Part shown: piece after piece, positions 1 to 10,675 of the stretch | Numbering within the stretch: the stretch's first letter is position 1 | Layout of the letters: every line of letters starts with the position of its first letter | DNA from: an uncultured Collinsella sp. | GTDB taxonomy: Bacteria > Actinomycetota > Coriobacteriia > Coriobacteriales > Coriobacteriaceae | Assembly: GCA_902479095.1 (NCBI GenBank) | Contig: CABSNL010000001.1 | Span: 73-64,072, forward strand | Direction of reading: 5' to 3' | DNA length: 64,000 nt | Made by a program: the position numbers and the translations under genes | Notes under the pieces: model-generated | What the model saw: only the letters and a program-made list of their open reading frames with translations | Databases searched by the model: none | What the model was told of the DNA's origin: nothing

Positions 1-275
1 GCGCAGGTACCGGGGTTGCCGGCATTGACCACAATCTCGGCTGTCAAAATCTTGTCGAACAGGTCCGCGATCTCGGGATCATACTCGCTAAGCACACGGC
101 GCTCCAGGCGCAAGAACAGCGCCAGATTGTCGCGCAGCTCCTCGGGGATCTCGATCTCGGCGAGACGCTCCCTGGACTCGGCATTCGAGCCGATTCGGTT
201 AACGAGGCGGTTGACCACGGCAGCGACGCGCGCCGCGGCTTCGGGTACAGACTGGTTGCTTAGGTTCTCAGCCAC
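1..275 (-). CDS. hypothetical protein, N-terminal part (runs off window start)
   Basis: Manual translation MAENLSNQSVPEAAARVAAVVNRLV...; GTG at 275 preceded by GGAGG; frame stays open to position 1. Confidence 0.6.
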   Translation of the reverse strand, partial: MAENLSNQSVPEAAARVAAVVNRLVNRIGSNAESRERLAEIEIPEELRDNLALFLRLERRVLSEYDPEIADLFDKILTAEIVVNAGNPGTC

Positions 276-533
276 GTTTCCTCCCATTCCTCCTTCTATG
301 CACGTAACATGCGGTATTCATTATAGGCGCTTGAGAAATACTTTCGACACTGATTGCGCTTTACCACACAAAAGTATTTTCTGCATTGCAAGGGTTTTTG
401 CTCTAAATGGTCGTATTTCTCGGTGGACGGCATACACAAACGGGGGCATTCCGCATAAATGCGAAACACCCCCGTAACAATCGCCCGCAATGAGCTGAAC
501 TTTTTAGTGAGTCCACAGCTCAAAAATCATGCG

Positions 534-1847
534 CTACAGGCGCTCGCGAACCGCCTCGACGACGTTGTCCAGATCGGCGAGCACCTCGTCATGGCTCTGC
601 ATGTCGCGCACTTTGACCTTGCCGGCGGCAAGCTCGTCGCCACCCAGGACCAAGATGAGCTTGGCGCCTACCTTATCGGCTTGCTTAAACTGGGCCTTGA
701 GCGAACGACCCTGATAGTCGGCCTCGGTCACGATACCTGCGGCGCGAAGCTCCTGCGTAATGGCAAAGACGTTCTGACGCAGCTCCTTGCCGGCGTTGGC
801 GACATAGACGCACGGGGCCTCATCGGCACCCAAATCGCTGCCAAAGGCCTGCAGGGCCAGCAGGGCGCGCTCAAAACCGACAGCAAAGCCGACGCCCGCC
901 GTGGGCTTGCCACCCTCGAGCTCGACCAGGCCATCGTAGCGGCCGCCGCCGCCGATGGAGCCGACGCCGGCGCCAGGGGCCTCGACCTCAAAGACAGTAC
1001 GGGTGTAGTAGTCCAGGCCGCGCACCAAGGTGGGATCCTCGACATACTCGATACCGGCGGCATCCAGATAGCGCTTGACCTGCTCGTAGTGCTCGCGGCA
1101 CTCATCGCACAGGTTGTCACCCATCAGCGGAGCCTCGGCCATGATCTCGCGGCAGTGGTCGTTCTTGCAGTCGAACGCGCGCAGCGGGTTAAGCTCAGCG
1201 CGCTCGCGGCACTCGTCGCACATCTCGTCTGCGTGATCGAGGATGAACTGCTTAACCTGCTCGCGGTAAGCCGGACGGCACTGGGCGTCACCCATCGAGT
1301 TGATGAGCAGACGAAGCTTGGAAAGATCGAAGCCCAGGCGCTTGTAGAACTCCATGAGCATGATGATGCACTCGGCGTCTGCCGCCGGATCGGGAGCGCC
1401 GAGCCACTCGATACCCACCTGGTGGAACTGGCGCAGGCGGCCCTTCTGGGGACGCTCGCCGCGGAACATGGCCTCGGCGTAGTACGCCTTAAACGGCGTA
1501 GAGCCCTGGGGCACCAGATTGTTCTCGACGACGGCGCGCACCACGCCGGCCGTGCCCTCGGGGCGAAGTGCCAGGCGCTGCTTGGGCTTGAGTTTGGTGT
1601 CGGTGCCCTCGGCAAAGACGCGCTCCAGATTAGCACCGCTGAACACGCGGAACATTTCCTTGCGCACGACGTCGGTCGACTGGCCGATACCGTGGACAAA
1701 CACGTCCACCTGCTCGATCGCGGGCGTCTCGATGGGTTTAAAACCAAACGGCTCGAACACGCCGGCCGCAATCTGCTGCATCTTTTGCCAGGCGCGCATC
1801 TCGGCGCCGATAAGGTCGCGGGTTCCCTCCGCCTTCTGTGCCTGCAT
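534..1847 (-). CDS. hisS: histidine--tRNA ligase
   Basis: LRPEGTA, FRGERPQKGRLRQFHQ, LVRGLDYY and GGGRYDGL motifs; C-terminal anticodon-binding domain; TATAAT at 1890-1895 upstream. Confidence 0.97.
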   Translation of the reverse strand: MQAQKAEGTRDLIGAEMRAWQKMQQIAAGVFEPFGFKPIETPAIEQVDVFVHGIGQSTDVVRKEMFRVFSGANLERVFAEGTDTKLKPKQRLALRPEGTAGVVRAVVENNLVPQGSTPFKAYYAEAMFRGERPQKGRLRQFHQVGIEWLGAPDPAADAECIIMLMEFYKRLGFDLSKLRLLINSMGDAQCRPAYREQVKQFILDHADEMCDECRERAELNPLRAFDCKNDHCREIMAEAPLMGDNLCDECREHYEQVKRYLDAAGIEYVEDPTLVRGLDYYTRTVFEVEAPGAGVGSIGGGGRYDGLVELEGGKPTAGVGFAVGFERALLALQAFGSDLGADEAPCVYVANAGKELRQNVFAITQELRAAGIVTEADYQGRSLKAQFKQADKVGAKLILVLGGDELAAGKVKVRDMQSHDEVLADLDNVVEAVRERL

Positions 1848-1904
1848 GGGCAAACACCTTTCTTTTGTATCGCGTCATAGGTAACGGTCATTATACGGCA
1901 CAAA

Positions 1905-2118
1905 CACAAACAGCGGCGGCGCATCTGACCGAACGAGGGTATGGGGACTCGTTCGGCCAGACGCGCCGCCGCTGTTTGTGATCCCTATTCCTCCGTCCCC
2001 TTCGGATCGCGCGATCCCTTGGGGACGGAGGAATAGGGATCATTTCGTAGGCCCGTGGCCGCCTTGGAAACCGAATGATGGTACGAGCATCCATTCGGCT
2101 TCCAAGGCGGCCACGGGC
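1905..2118. repeat. three consecutive long palindromes (REP-like)
   Basis: Inverted repeats at 1905-1980, 1979-2042 (22-bp perfect arms) and 2051-2118 (19-bp perfect arms). Confidence 0.85.
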
Positions 2119-2151
2119 AGAACGGGACGAACAGAAAAGAGCGACGGACGC

Positions 2152-2601
2152 CTACTCCCCCGCCACGCTCGCGCGCAGCTTGGCGGCGATGGGCTCGGAT
2201 ACCAGCAGGAACACGAGCATGACCACGGAGCACGCCAAGCACACGATCCAGGTGCTCGCAAAGGAGCCCGAGACGGCAAAGAGCACGTAGACCTGCCACA
2301 GCTCACCCACAAAGCTCATGCCAGCAAGCACCGCCGAGGTGGCGATAACGGTGAGCGAGCCCAACACGCGGCCACTCACCTTATCGGCAACATGGCCGAT
2401 AACGAGCGAACCCACGACGCTCACCACGGTGGAGATAGCGTTGGAGATGTTGTACTGGGCAAGCGTAATCCCGAGGTTGCTGACGATCAGCGGCTGGAAC
2501 AGGCTCATGCAGCTGACGAAAATCGTGTAGCACGTGGCCATGATCACGAAGCCGGAGGCCACCACGAGCCAGCCGGGGAAGAACTTACGCTGCTGGGGCA
2601 T
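2152..2601 (-). pseudogene. MFS transporter with apparent in-frame internal deletion
   Basis: 149 aa: MFS-type N-terminus with motif A-like GHVADKVSGR, about 4 TM segments joined directly to one terminal TM; full MFS proteins are about 400 aa. Confidence 0.65.
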
Positions 2602-2724
2602 ACTGCTCCTTATTTAACAAGCGAATAGCCGGCGCCGGGCGCCGGTAGTGCCCAAGATTGCCTTGAAAGACAAGGGCATAGGCCTTACGGCCATGCCCGC
2701 AGGCTTGAAAGGCAAGGTTGGATG

Positions 2725-4020
2725 CTACCGGTGGTCGGCGATATAGCCCAAAGCGACGGCGGTATAGGCCGCGGCACCGAGCGGCAGCTCGGCATCGTTA
2801 AAACGTGCCTTGGGATGGTGCTGGGCAAAGTGTTCGTCCGTGTCGGTTACGGCCGCGCCCACGGTAAAGTACGCACTCGGAATCTCGCTCGAGATAAGCG
2901 CGAAGTCCTCACTCGCCATGGCATGGAAAAGCGGCAAGAAAGCCGCCTTGGGCAGCACTGCGCCCACGTAGCCAAGCGACGCCTGAGTCATATCGCTGTC
3001 GAGTACAAGCGGCGGAACATCCGAAAGTGTCTCGATGGTCGCCGGCGTACGATAGGTCGTGGCAACGCCGTTAACGACCTCCGCGATGCGGGTCTTTAGG
3101 TGAACCATGAGCTCAACATCAAAGCCGCGCAGCGTTCCCTCGAGCACGCAGGTGTCGGGGATGACGTTGGCCGCTTGGCCACCGGCAAACTTACCCACGG
3201 TCAGTGCGACCTCCTTGGCCGCCGGCACTTCGCGAGCAATGAGCTCCTGAAGCGCCAGGTGCACATGGACGCCGGCCGTGATGGGGTCGATGCAGATCTC
3301 GGGGCTCGAGCCATGTCCGCCCTTGCCCTGCAGCGTGATGCGGAAACCGTACACGCCCGAAAGCGCCGGGCTCCCATAGAGCACCAGGCCGAGCGGCGAT
3401 TGGCTGTTAACATGCATGGCAAAAGCCGCCTGAGGACGCGGGTTCTCGAGCAAGCCGTCGGCGATGGCAGCGCGTGCCCCCTCAAAGGTCTCCTCGCCCG
3501 GCTGGAACAGCAGTTTGACGGTAGCGTTGGCGTCGACAAGCTCGGCCTCGCGGGCCTTGAGCAAGCGCGCCGCACCAAGCAGCGCCGTCGCGTGCATATC
3601 GTGACCGCAAGCATGCATGCAGCCGTTCGTAGAGGCGAAAGGCTCGCCCGACTCTTCGGCAACGGGCAGGGCATCCATGTCGCCACGCAGCATAATGACC
3701 GTTCCGGCCTGTTCGTCCGTGCAGACGCCATTGCCCTGGGCCGCGGTGGCACCGGCACCGACAAGGCCCACAACACAGGAACCATCGACGAGCGTGGCAA
3801 ACGGGATGTCCATCTCGGCCAGGCGCGCTTGGATATACGCAGAGGTCTGCGGGAGGTCGTTACCAAGTTCGGGCGTCCGATGCAGATCGTGACGCCATGC
3901 GGCAAGCTCATCGGCAAAAGTTTGAGCCTCTTTGACCAGACTGTCGCCAATGGCGGCTTGCGCCGCCGCGGTGGCCTTGGGCGCTGATTGCGGTTGAAGA
4001 TCGGACAGTGCTGGTGCCAT
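2725..4020 (-). CDS. M20D family amidohydrolase
   Basis: HRTPELG, RGDMDALP, HACGHD, FQPGEE, GKGGHGS, SEDF and HHPK motifs. Confidence 0.92.
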   Translation of the reverse strand: MAPALSDLQPQSAPKATAAAQAAIGDSLVKEAQTFADELAAWRHDLHRTPELGNDLPQTSAYIQARLAEMDIPFATLVDGSCVVGLVGAGATAAQGNGVCTDEQAGTVIMLRGDMDALPVAEESGEPFASTNGCMHACGHDMHATALLGAARLLKAREAELVDANATVKLLFQPGEETFEGARAAIADGLLENPRPQAAFAMHVNSQSPLGLVLYGSPALSGVYGFRITLQGKGGHGSSPEICIDPITAGVHVHLALQELIAREVPAAKEVALTVGKFAGGQAANVIPDTCVLEGTLRGFDVELMVHLKTRIAEVVNGVATTYRTPATIETLSDVPPLVLDSDMTQASLGYVGAVLPKAAFLPLFHAMASEDFALISSEIPSAYFTVGAAVTDTDEHFAQHHPKARFNDAELPLGAAAYTAVALGYIADHR

Positions 4021-4135
4021 AGATGCCCTCCAGTAACGTTTTTGCAGCAAGCACTTTGATAGCGTAAAGTGCAAGGTACTACTTTAAGGGCGACGCATAA
4101 AAAATGCCGCCCCGGGAGGCGGCGCAACAAATTGT

Positions 4136-5119
4136 TTACAATTGCGGGCGCGGCTTTCGACGCAAAAAATCGAAATGCGTCTCGCTCAAGATAATCGAAA
4201 GAAAGATGAGCGCGAAGCCGGCGAGCAGGCGCGAGGTGAGCGCCTCCCCCATCAGCAGCACCGAGAACAGCACACCCGAAGGCGACTCCATCGAAAGGAG
4301 CAGCGAGCCCGTCGAGGCCGGGACATGCGCCAGGCCGACGTTTTGGATGAGCAGAGCCACACATGTGCAGCCCACCGAGAGGAAAACAGCCACACCGATA
4401 AATTCCGGCGTCCATGCAGAGAGGGGCGCCTGAGTCTCGAATAGCAGCGACGTTGCCAGGCTCAGCACGCCGTTGCCCACAAACATCCAAAACGTGATGA
4501 CGTTGATGTCCATTTTGCGACCGTACTTGGCAGTCACCGCCATCTGGATGGCGAAAAAGACCGCACCCGCCAGCGTAATGACATCACCGATGTTGAATTC
4601 AACGCTATCGAGCGCCACCAAGCCAATGCCCGCCAAGCACAGCAGCGCCGCGCCCAGGTTATAGCGGGTGAGTTTTTCGCCGCTCAGAAAATAGCTCGCG
4701 AACGGCACAACGATGCAATACGTGCCCGTCAAAAAAGCATTCTTGCCCGCCGTGGTGTGCGCCAGACCGACTGTCTGCAGGGCGTAGGCGGCCCACATAA
4801 GTGCGCCCATGCCAAGTCCGACGATAAGGTTGCGGGCGTTGAGGTGCGCGATGATGCGCTTGTGGAAGATGAAAAACATGACCAACGCCGCAGGCAGAAA
4901 GCGCACGTAGAGCAGTTCGAACACCGGAATGGTGTCGAGCGCGTCCTTCATGGTCGTAAAGGAGTAGCCCCAGACGACTGCCACCGAAAGCAGCAGGACT
5001 TTCCAGAACAGCGGCGAGCGAGCGCCGGCGCCGCGGGAGGTGCCGCCCGCGCCCAGGTCCTCGCGAGCAACAGGGCTATCGGGCATCATTTCGATATTGT
5101 CAGTGGCATGCTGGGCCAT
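4136..5119 (-). CDS. EamA/DMT family transporter
   Basis: Two EamA repeats, about 10 TM segments, VWGYSF and LLLSMESP motifs. Confidence 0.9.
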   Translation of the reverse strand: MAQHATDNIEMMPDSPVAREDLGAGGTSRGAGARSPLFWKVLLLSVAVVWGYSFTTMKDALDTIPVFELLYVRFLPAALVMFFIFHKRIIAHLNARNLIVGLGMGALMWAAYALQTVGLAHTTAGKNAFLTGTYCIVVPFASYFLSGEKLTRYNLGAALLCLAGIGLVALDSVEFNIGDVITLAGAVFFAIQMAVTAKYGRKMDINVITFWMFVGNGVLSLATSLLFETQAPLSAWTPEFIGVAVFLSVGCTCVALLIQNVGLAHVPASTGSLLLSMESPSGVLFSVLLMGEALTSRLLAGFALIFLSIILSETHFDFLRRKPRPQL

Positions 5120-5320
5120 AGGGCATCCTCGCGCTCAATCTGGGCGTGGTGTCCGCACGCGCATGGCTGCGTGCCGCCTCATGGTCAAATAAAAGCAGGG
5201 CGCACCGGACCCCCGGCACGCCCCGCTACTGTAGCAACAACCAAGCAGCCCGTGCAATTCACTACGCTAAAGCATCGGGTTGGAAGATCTCGATGTTCCG
5301 ACGGCGTTTACGTTGCTGAA

Positions 5321-7510
5321 CTAAATCAATTTGGTTGACTCCAGTTTTTCGATGATCCAGTCGTTGGCTTTGATGACCGGGCGGCGGAAGACGACGCCCA
5401 GTGCCAGCGACGGAATCAGATAGCTCGCCAGAATGCCTAGCTCAATCCAGTACTCCATGTGGTACGCACCGGCCATGGCGGCATGCATGGCGTTGATGCC
5501 GTGGGTGAACGGCAGGAACGGATAGATCGCCTGGAACACGGGGCCGGTCATCTCGATGGGGAACGTGCCGCCCGAACCGCCGACCTGCATGACCAGCAGC
5601 ACGACGGCGAGCGCCTTGCCGATATCGCCAAACGAAACCGTAAGCGTGTAGACGATATTGGAGAACACGAGACTCGCGACCCAGCCCGCCAGCACAAACT
5701 GCAGCGGGTCGTCGCACTGGATGCCAAAGAACAGGATGTCGCCCGCACACACGAGCGTTGCCTGCAACAGGGCCAGACCGCCAAAGAACAGGTAGCGGCC
5801 CAGGTAGATCTCGTGCAGGCGCACGGGGATGAGCTCGTTGATAAGCTCATCGTCAACCGAGACCTTCATCATGGCCGCCAGCACAATCGAGCCCACCCAG
5901 AGCGACAGAATCGTGTAGAACGGTGCCATGGCCGAACCGTAGTTGCGGATCGGATAGACCGGCTTGCGATCGAGCGCGACGGGGCCGGAAAGCGACACGG
6001 CCAGACCCTCGGGATCATTGCCGATCATCGTCTTGATCGTAGCGAGGTCATCCGACATCAAGGCGCCGTCGAGCTCGTCCTTAAACGCACTGATCTTGTC
6101 CGACGCCTCGCCCAGCTGATCAGAAGCCTTGTTGACCAGCTTTGCAGCCTTGGAGAGGCCCTTTGCCAGCGAACCGGATGCGTCGGTCAGGCCAGCAACA
6201 GCACTATCCAGATCGTTCGAAATACCGTTCAGCGAATCCAAAACGCCCGAGGTGGTCTTCTTGAGCTCCTTTGCCTTGGCCGAAAACGTAGAGTCGTAGT
6301 CAGTCTTGGCGCCCGAGATACCAGCCTTGGCATCCGCGATTGCCTGATCGACCTCGGCACGCGACTTATTAACCTCTGCCATGCTGTCAGAGAGAGACTT
6401 CGCGGTGGCCGTCAAGTCCTTGGCGTTGTTGCGATACTCCACAGCAATCCTGCTCAGCGATGTTGCCACAGACTTGAGGCTGTCCTGGAGTTTTTCGTCA
6501 GTCACCTGATCGGCAAAGCTGCGGAGCTGGTCGGCCGTGGCGTCGATATCGTCGGCACGCGTGTTGAGCGCCGCCGCGGCATCGTTGAGCTGGAACACTG
6601 TAAGGTCGACATGTTGATTCGCGGCATCAAATGCCTTCGCAAGCTCGGCGGACACGTTGTCAAACGAGCCCGCGCTTCCGTCAATCGCGGCATTGATGGC
6701 GTCGTTGGCGTCCTTCAGCGCTTCCTTGGAATCGCTAATACCGCTCTTGACATGCTCCATCAGCTGCTTCGTTGACTCATCGACCGTGCCCGTCTGCTTG
6801 AGCATGCCGCTCGCCGACGTCAGCGAATCGGACGTGGAGCTCAAAATGCCCGCAAGCGACGTTGCGCTGGCCTGAACGTCCTGCAGGTCCTGGACCGAAT
6901 CGCCGAGCGTCGAGGACAGGTTGGCGATAAAGTTGCTGACCTGGTCGGTGCTCATGTAATCGAGCAGGCTGGACACCGTCTTAAGACCGATGCTCGTAAT
7001 GGTCTCGGTAAAAGTTTTGTTAACCTGGCTCTGGACGGCGCTCGAACCCTTCTCGGTCACGATCTGCGCAATGGCGTTGGCCTTCTGATTCTCGTAGAAC
7101 TCGATATCGGCATGCTTCACGTCGGTCGAAAAGAGCGTCATCATATCGGCACTAAACGTCTTAGGGATAACGACAGCCGCATAGTATGCGCCCGATTTGA
7201 CGCCCTCGATGGCCTTTTCTCGATTGTTGAGTACAACCCAATCGAAGCTCTCGTTGCCGCGCAGGGTGGCGGTCACGTTTTCACCCACGTTGACCTCAAC
7301 GGGGATCAGATCGCTCTCGTAACCCTCATCGGTGTTGACCACGGCGATCTTAAGATTGCCGGTGTTGCCGTACGGGTCCCAGCTGCCGGCGATGTTAAAC
7401 CACGCGTACAGGCACGGTACGATAACGAGGCCCATCACGACAACCAAGCCGATTACGGAGCGAGACACATTTTGGACATCGCGCTTAAACAGATGCAGGA
7501 TGTTCTTCAT
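5321..7510 (-). CDS. YhgE/Pip family membrane protein
   Basis: YAWFNIAGSWDPYGNT, YGSAMAPFY and GGTFPIE motifs; long coiled coil; C-terminal TMs. Confidence 0.92.
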   Translation of the reverse strand: MKNILHLFKRDVQNVSRSVIGLVVVMGLVIVPCLYAWFNIAGSWDPYGNTGNLKIAVVNTDEGYESDLIPVEVNVGENVTATLRGNESFDWVVLNNREKAIEGVKSGAYYAAVVIPKTFSADMMTLFSTDVKHADIEFYENQKANAIAQIVTEKGSSAVQSQVNKTFTETITSIGLKTVSSLLDYMSTDQVSNFIANLSSTLGDSVQDLQDVQASATSLAGILSSTSDSLTSASGMLKQTGTVDESTKQLMEHVKSGISDSKEALKDANDAINAAIDGSAGSFDNVSAELAKAFDAANQHVDLTVFQLNDAAAALNTRADDIDATADQLRSFADQVTDEKLQDSLKSVATSLSRIAVEYRNNAKDLTATAKSLSDSMAEVNKSRAEVDQAIADAKAGISGAKTDYDSTFSAKAKELKKTTSGVLDSLNGISNDLDSAVAGLTDASGSLAKGLSKAAKLVNKASDQLGEASDKISAFKDELDGALMSDDLATIKTMIGNDPEGLAVSLSGPVALDRKPVYPIRNYGSAMAPFYTILSLWVGSIVLAAMMKVSVDDELINELIPVRLHEIYLGRYLFFGGLALLQATLVCAGDILFFGIQCDDPLQFVLAGWVASLVFSNIVYTLTVSFGDIGKALAVVLLVMQVGGSGGTFPIEMTGPVFQAIYPFLPFTHGINAMHAAMAGAYHMEYWIELGILASYLIPSLALGVVFRRPVIKANDWIIEKLESTKLI

Positions 7511-10291
7511 TTATGCCTCACCTCCTTTGGAGTGCTTGCCAAGCGGAGTGGCATCTCCATCATTTGTGGCTGTACTGTCGCTGTCCTGAGATTTATGGTT
7601 CGAGCCTATATGCGGCAAGCGGCCCGTGGACTGATCGCCGCCCTTGGCACCACGCTCGCTGGCGTTGAGGCCAAACATGTGGCGGGCGGCAGGAATGGCG
7701 GCCGTGTGTTCGCGCATCTCGCGACGCAGGTCCTCATCCGAAAGCGCCGAGATGCGCATCTGGGTATTGAGGCTCGCTCGGATATATTCGATATTGATCA
7801 GCCAGCCGCAGATGGCAATAACCGAGATAATCCAAATGACAAGCAGGATGATCTTGCCGTTATTGTCGATATCGAGAACCGTCGACAGGACAAAGAGCAG
7901 GACCTGAACGCCCACCACGGCGGCAAAACCGCCCTTGATGTAGTACGGGTAGCGATGTTCAAAGGCGACCGCATGATCGAGCAGTTCGCGACGGTACGAA
8001 TCGGAATCGAGCATGACGCGCATGGCCGTGCGCAGCGAGTAGCGCTGGCGCGGCAGGTCGTTGGACTCGCAAATCATCATACCGGTCGTGGAGAGCTGTT
8101 TATCAAAGAGCAGGTTAAGGTTGAGCAGCAGCGGACGCAGCTGCAGGCCGATAAAGAGCGCCACGATCAAGAACACGCCCAGAATGCACAGGTTAAACAG
8201 GTAGTTAAACGAGTACATGCCGCCGACCGTCTCGCGCAGCAGATTGATGCCGTAGGTAAAGGGCAGCAGTGGGTGCAGCCACTGGAAGAAGCCGGGCATC
8301 ATCTCGATGGGGTACATGCCCGATGAACCCGGAATCTGCACGATAACCAGAATGACGCCGATTGCCTTGCCGATGTGCTTAAACGTAGTGGACAGCGCGT
8401 AAATGATGTTGACGTACGTAAACGAGATGGCGATGCCGCCCAGCACGAACAGCAGCGGGTTGACGCACTGTACGCCAATGACCAGATCACCCACCGTAAC
8501 GATGATGGCCTGCAACGCGCCCAGGATCACCATGAGCAACCAGCGGCCAAAGTAGCCTTGGCGCGCCGTAAAGCTGCCGATGCCTTCGCGATCGACCTCG
8601 AGCTTGTAGATGGCGATAAGCACGTAGCCGCCCACCCAAAGCGCCAGGTTGGTATAGAACGGGGCAATGCCCGAGCCGAAGCTCTTAACCGGATAGATCG
8701 ACTTGGACGCGAGCTCAACCGGAGATGCCATGAAGTCTGCGACGTCATTGACGTCGACGCCCATCAGGTCGGCCAGCTCGCCCATGGACTCGGAGGTCTG
8801 TAGCGCCGCGATGTCGTTGGCGGCGGTTGCGAGCTTGTCCTGGACCTTGGCAAGCGAGGAATCGGTCTGGGACAGCGTGGTCTTGGCCTGGCCGAGCGTA
8901 GCGTTAAGCTGCGAAAGCGTACCGCGCGCGCTTGCAATCGTGGGCGTGAGGCCAGATACGATACCCGTCAAATCACCCGAGACGGCGGCAAAGGAATCAA
9001 GCGCGCTCGAGGCCTTCGGCAGCGCGTTTTGACCCAGGTCCGTCTGGGCCTGGCCAAGGTTGGTCGCACCGGTCTGAATTGCGTTATTGATAGCGTCGCT
9101 GGCACCCGAGACAGCCGCGGCGTCATTCGCCATGGCGCTCGACTGCGCAGACAGACCGTCCTTGATGCTCTGCAACTTCTCGTTCTGCTCACGGAGCGTA
9201 TTGATGGTCGATACAATGCGCGCGTCAATTTCCTCGGAACCTGTCGACGTGTCATTGGCGAGAATCTCCAAGTGCCCGATAACGGCCTTATTGTGGTCGA
9301 TCGTCGCTTGGAGAGACTCGAGCGAGTTGTCGATACGGGTGGTCGTAGATGTGACCGTGCCCGTCAGCTTGCCGATGGCAGCGTTCGCGGAGGCCGACGT
9401 CTTGGTGAGCGCAAGGCTGCCTTCCGAGAGCGCCTTGGAGAGCGAGGCGATAGAGTTGCCCGCCGTGGTGCGAGCTTCACCCAGCAGGTCGTTGCCCTGG
9501 GAGATCGCCTGCGTCAGCGACGGTGCCTGGCCTTGCAAGCCGGCAAGTGCCGCATCAGCCGAGGCGATAGCGCCACTCGTCTTATCGATGGCGGCATTCA
9601 TATCGCCAATCGAATCGCGCACCTCGCCCAAGGTGTCGGACGCCTCGGACACCGAACTTGCCAGCGAGTCCTGAGTCTGGGTTGCCTTGTCCTTTAAATC
9701 GACACCGGCATCCTTGGCGATACCGGCAACAGTCTTGCCTACCGTAGAGACAAATTCCGAGTTGATCTGCTCCTCGATGGTGTTTGCACCGGTATCGGTA
9801 ACCTTGGGCGCAATGGCGCTCTTCTTCTCATTGACGTAGTACGTGAGCTTGGGCTGATGGTAGTTGCCGTCGAGCATCGAAACCAGGTTATCCGAGAAGT
9901 TCTTGGGAATCACGATAGCGGCATAGTACTCGCCGCTCTCGACGCCCTCCTTGGCATCGGACGCCGAATCGACGAAGGTCCAGCCCAGCTGATCGTTCTC
10001 CTTGAGCTGATCGACAACCTGGTCGCCCGCGTTGAGCTCGCCCACCAAGTCGTTTTGGGTGCCCCGATCGTTGTTGGCGATGGCAATCTTGATACCCTGG
10101 GTGTTTCCGTACGGATCCCAGTTGGCCACGATGTTGTACCAGGCATACAGCGAGGGAATAACGCACACGCCAAGGGTAACCACCAAGGCGACGGGGTTCA
10201 CAAGCAGTCGCTTAATGTCGCGCTTAAATATCGCAAAGGACACCTTTGCATTGGATAGTTTGCTGCCGAGACTCACGCTTGGACCATCCAT
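7511..10291 (-). CDS. YhgE/Pip family membrane protein (paralog; start uncertain)
   Basis: YAWYNIVANWDPYGNT, FGSGIAPFY and SGMYPIE motifs; abuts the downstream paralog. Confidence 0.9.
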   Translation of the reverse strand: MDGPSVSLGSKLSNAKVSFAIFKRDIKRLLVNPVALVVTLGVCVIPSLYAWYNIVANWDPYGNTQGIKIAIANNDRGTQNDLVGELNAGDQVVDQLKENDQLGWTFVDSASDAKEGVESGEYYAAIVIPKNFSDNLVSMLDGNYHQPKLTYYVNEKKSAIAPKVTDTGANTIEEQINSEFVSTVGKTVAGIAKDAGVDLKDKATQTQDSLASSVSEASDTLGEVRDSIGDMNAAIDKTSGAIASADAALAGLQGQAPSLTQAISQGNDLLGEARTTAGNSIASLSKALSEGSLALTKTSASANAAIGKLTGTVTSTTTRIDNSLESLQATIDHNKAVIGHLEILANDTSTGSEEIDARIVSTINTLREQNEKLQSIKDGLSAQSSAMANDAAAVSGASDAINNAIQTGATNLGQAQTDLGQNALPKASSALDSFAAVSGDLTGIVSGLTPTIASARGTLSQLNATLGQAKTTLSQTDSSLAKVQDKLATAANDIAALQTSESMGELADLMGVDVNDVADFMASPVELASKSIYPVKSFGSGIAPFYTNLALWVGGYVLIAIYKLEVDREGIGSFTARQGYFGRWLLMVILGALQAIIVTVGDLVIGVQCVNPLLFVLGGIAISFTYVNIIYALSTTFKHIGKAIGVILVIVQIPGSSGMYPIEMMPGFFQWLHPLLPFTYGINLLRETVGGMYSFNYLFNLCILGVFLIVALFIGLQLRPLLLNLNLLFDKQLSTTGMMICESNDLPRQRYSLRTAMRVMLDSDSYRRELLDHAVAFEHRYPYYIKGGFAAVVGVQVLLFVLSTVLDIDNNGKIILLVIWIISVIAICGWLINIEYIRASLNTQMRISALSDEDLRREMREHTAAIPAARHMFGLNASERGAKGGDQSTGRLPHIGSNHKSQDSDSTATNDGDATPLGKHSKGGEA

Positions 10292-10575
10292 CCTGTCGTT
10301 AAATCGAATCGTACTATCGACAACCATTGTACGTAGGCGCTTTAGCGTCTCAGAGCACAATGGTATTGAGTTTTGCGGGTAGCAATATACTACGAAGACA
10401 AATTAACGTACAGTTGTACAGTATCTTAAATTTCAGCAGGTCACAAAACCACAACCCGCACAAATTAGCAATTCAAATAGTCATCGGGGACGTTCTTAAA
10501 CGACTAGTCAAACAAAAACGTCCCCAATGACTACTTAGGACCACGGCAACGTCGATGTTTTGGCAATGCCAGCGA

Positions 10576-10675
10576 GCGGGCGCCAGAGCGAACAAATTGG
10601 CATGAAAAGAGGACGGCATAGACCTTCTGGTCATGCCGTCCTCTTTGAATGACAAGTTGTCGCTCTGGCGCCCGC
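10576..10675. terminator. 100-nt imperfect hairpin downstream of htpG (terminator or repeat)
   Basis: GCGGGCGCCAGAGCG...CGCTCTGGCGCCCGC outer stem enclosing AAAGAGGACGGCAT...ATGCCGTCCTCTTT. Confidence 0.6.

Noticed and set aside
1860..2120. T-box leader for hisS
   Set aside because: No TGGNACCGCG T-box motif, and a TATAAT -10 lies between the hairpins and the gene.
5321..10291. Pip pair as part of a type VII secretion system (EsaA-like)
   Set aside because: No EssC/FtsK ATPase or WXG100 genes nearby; tandem YhgE/Pip genes are common in gut actinobacteria.
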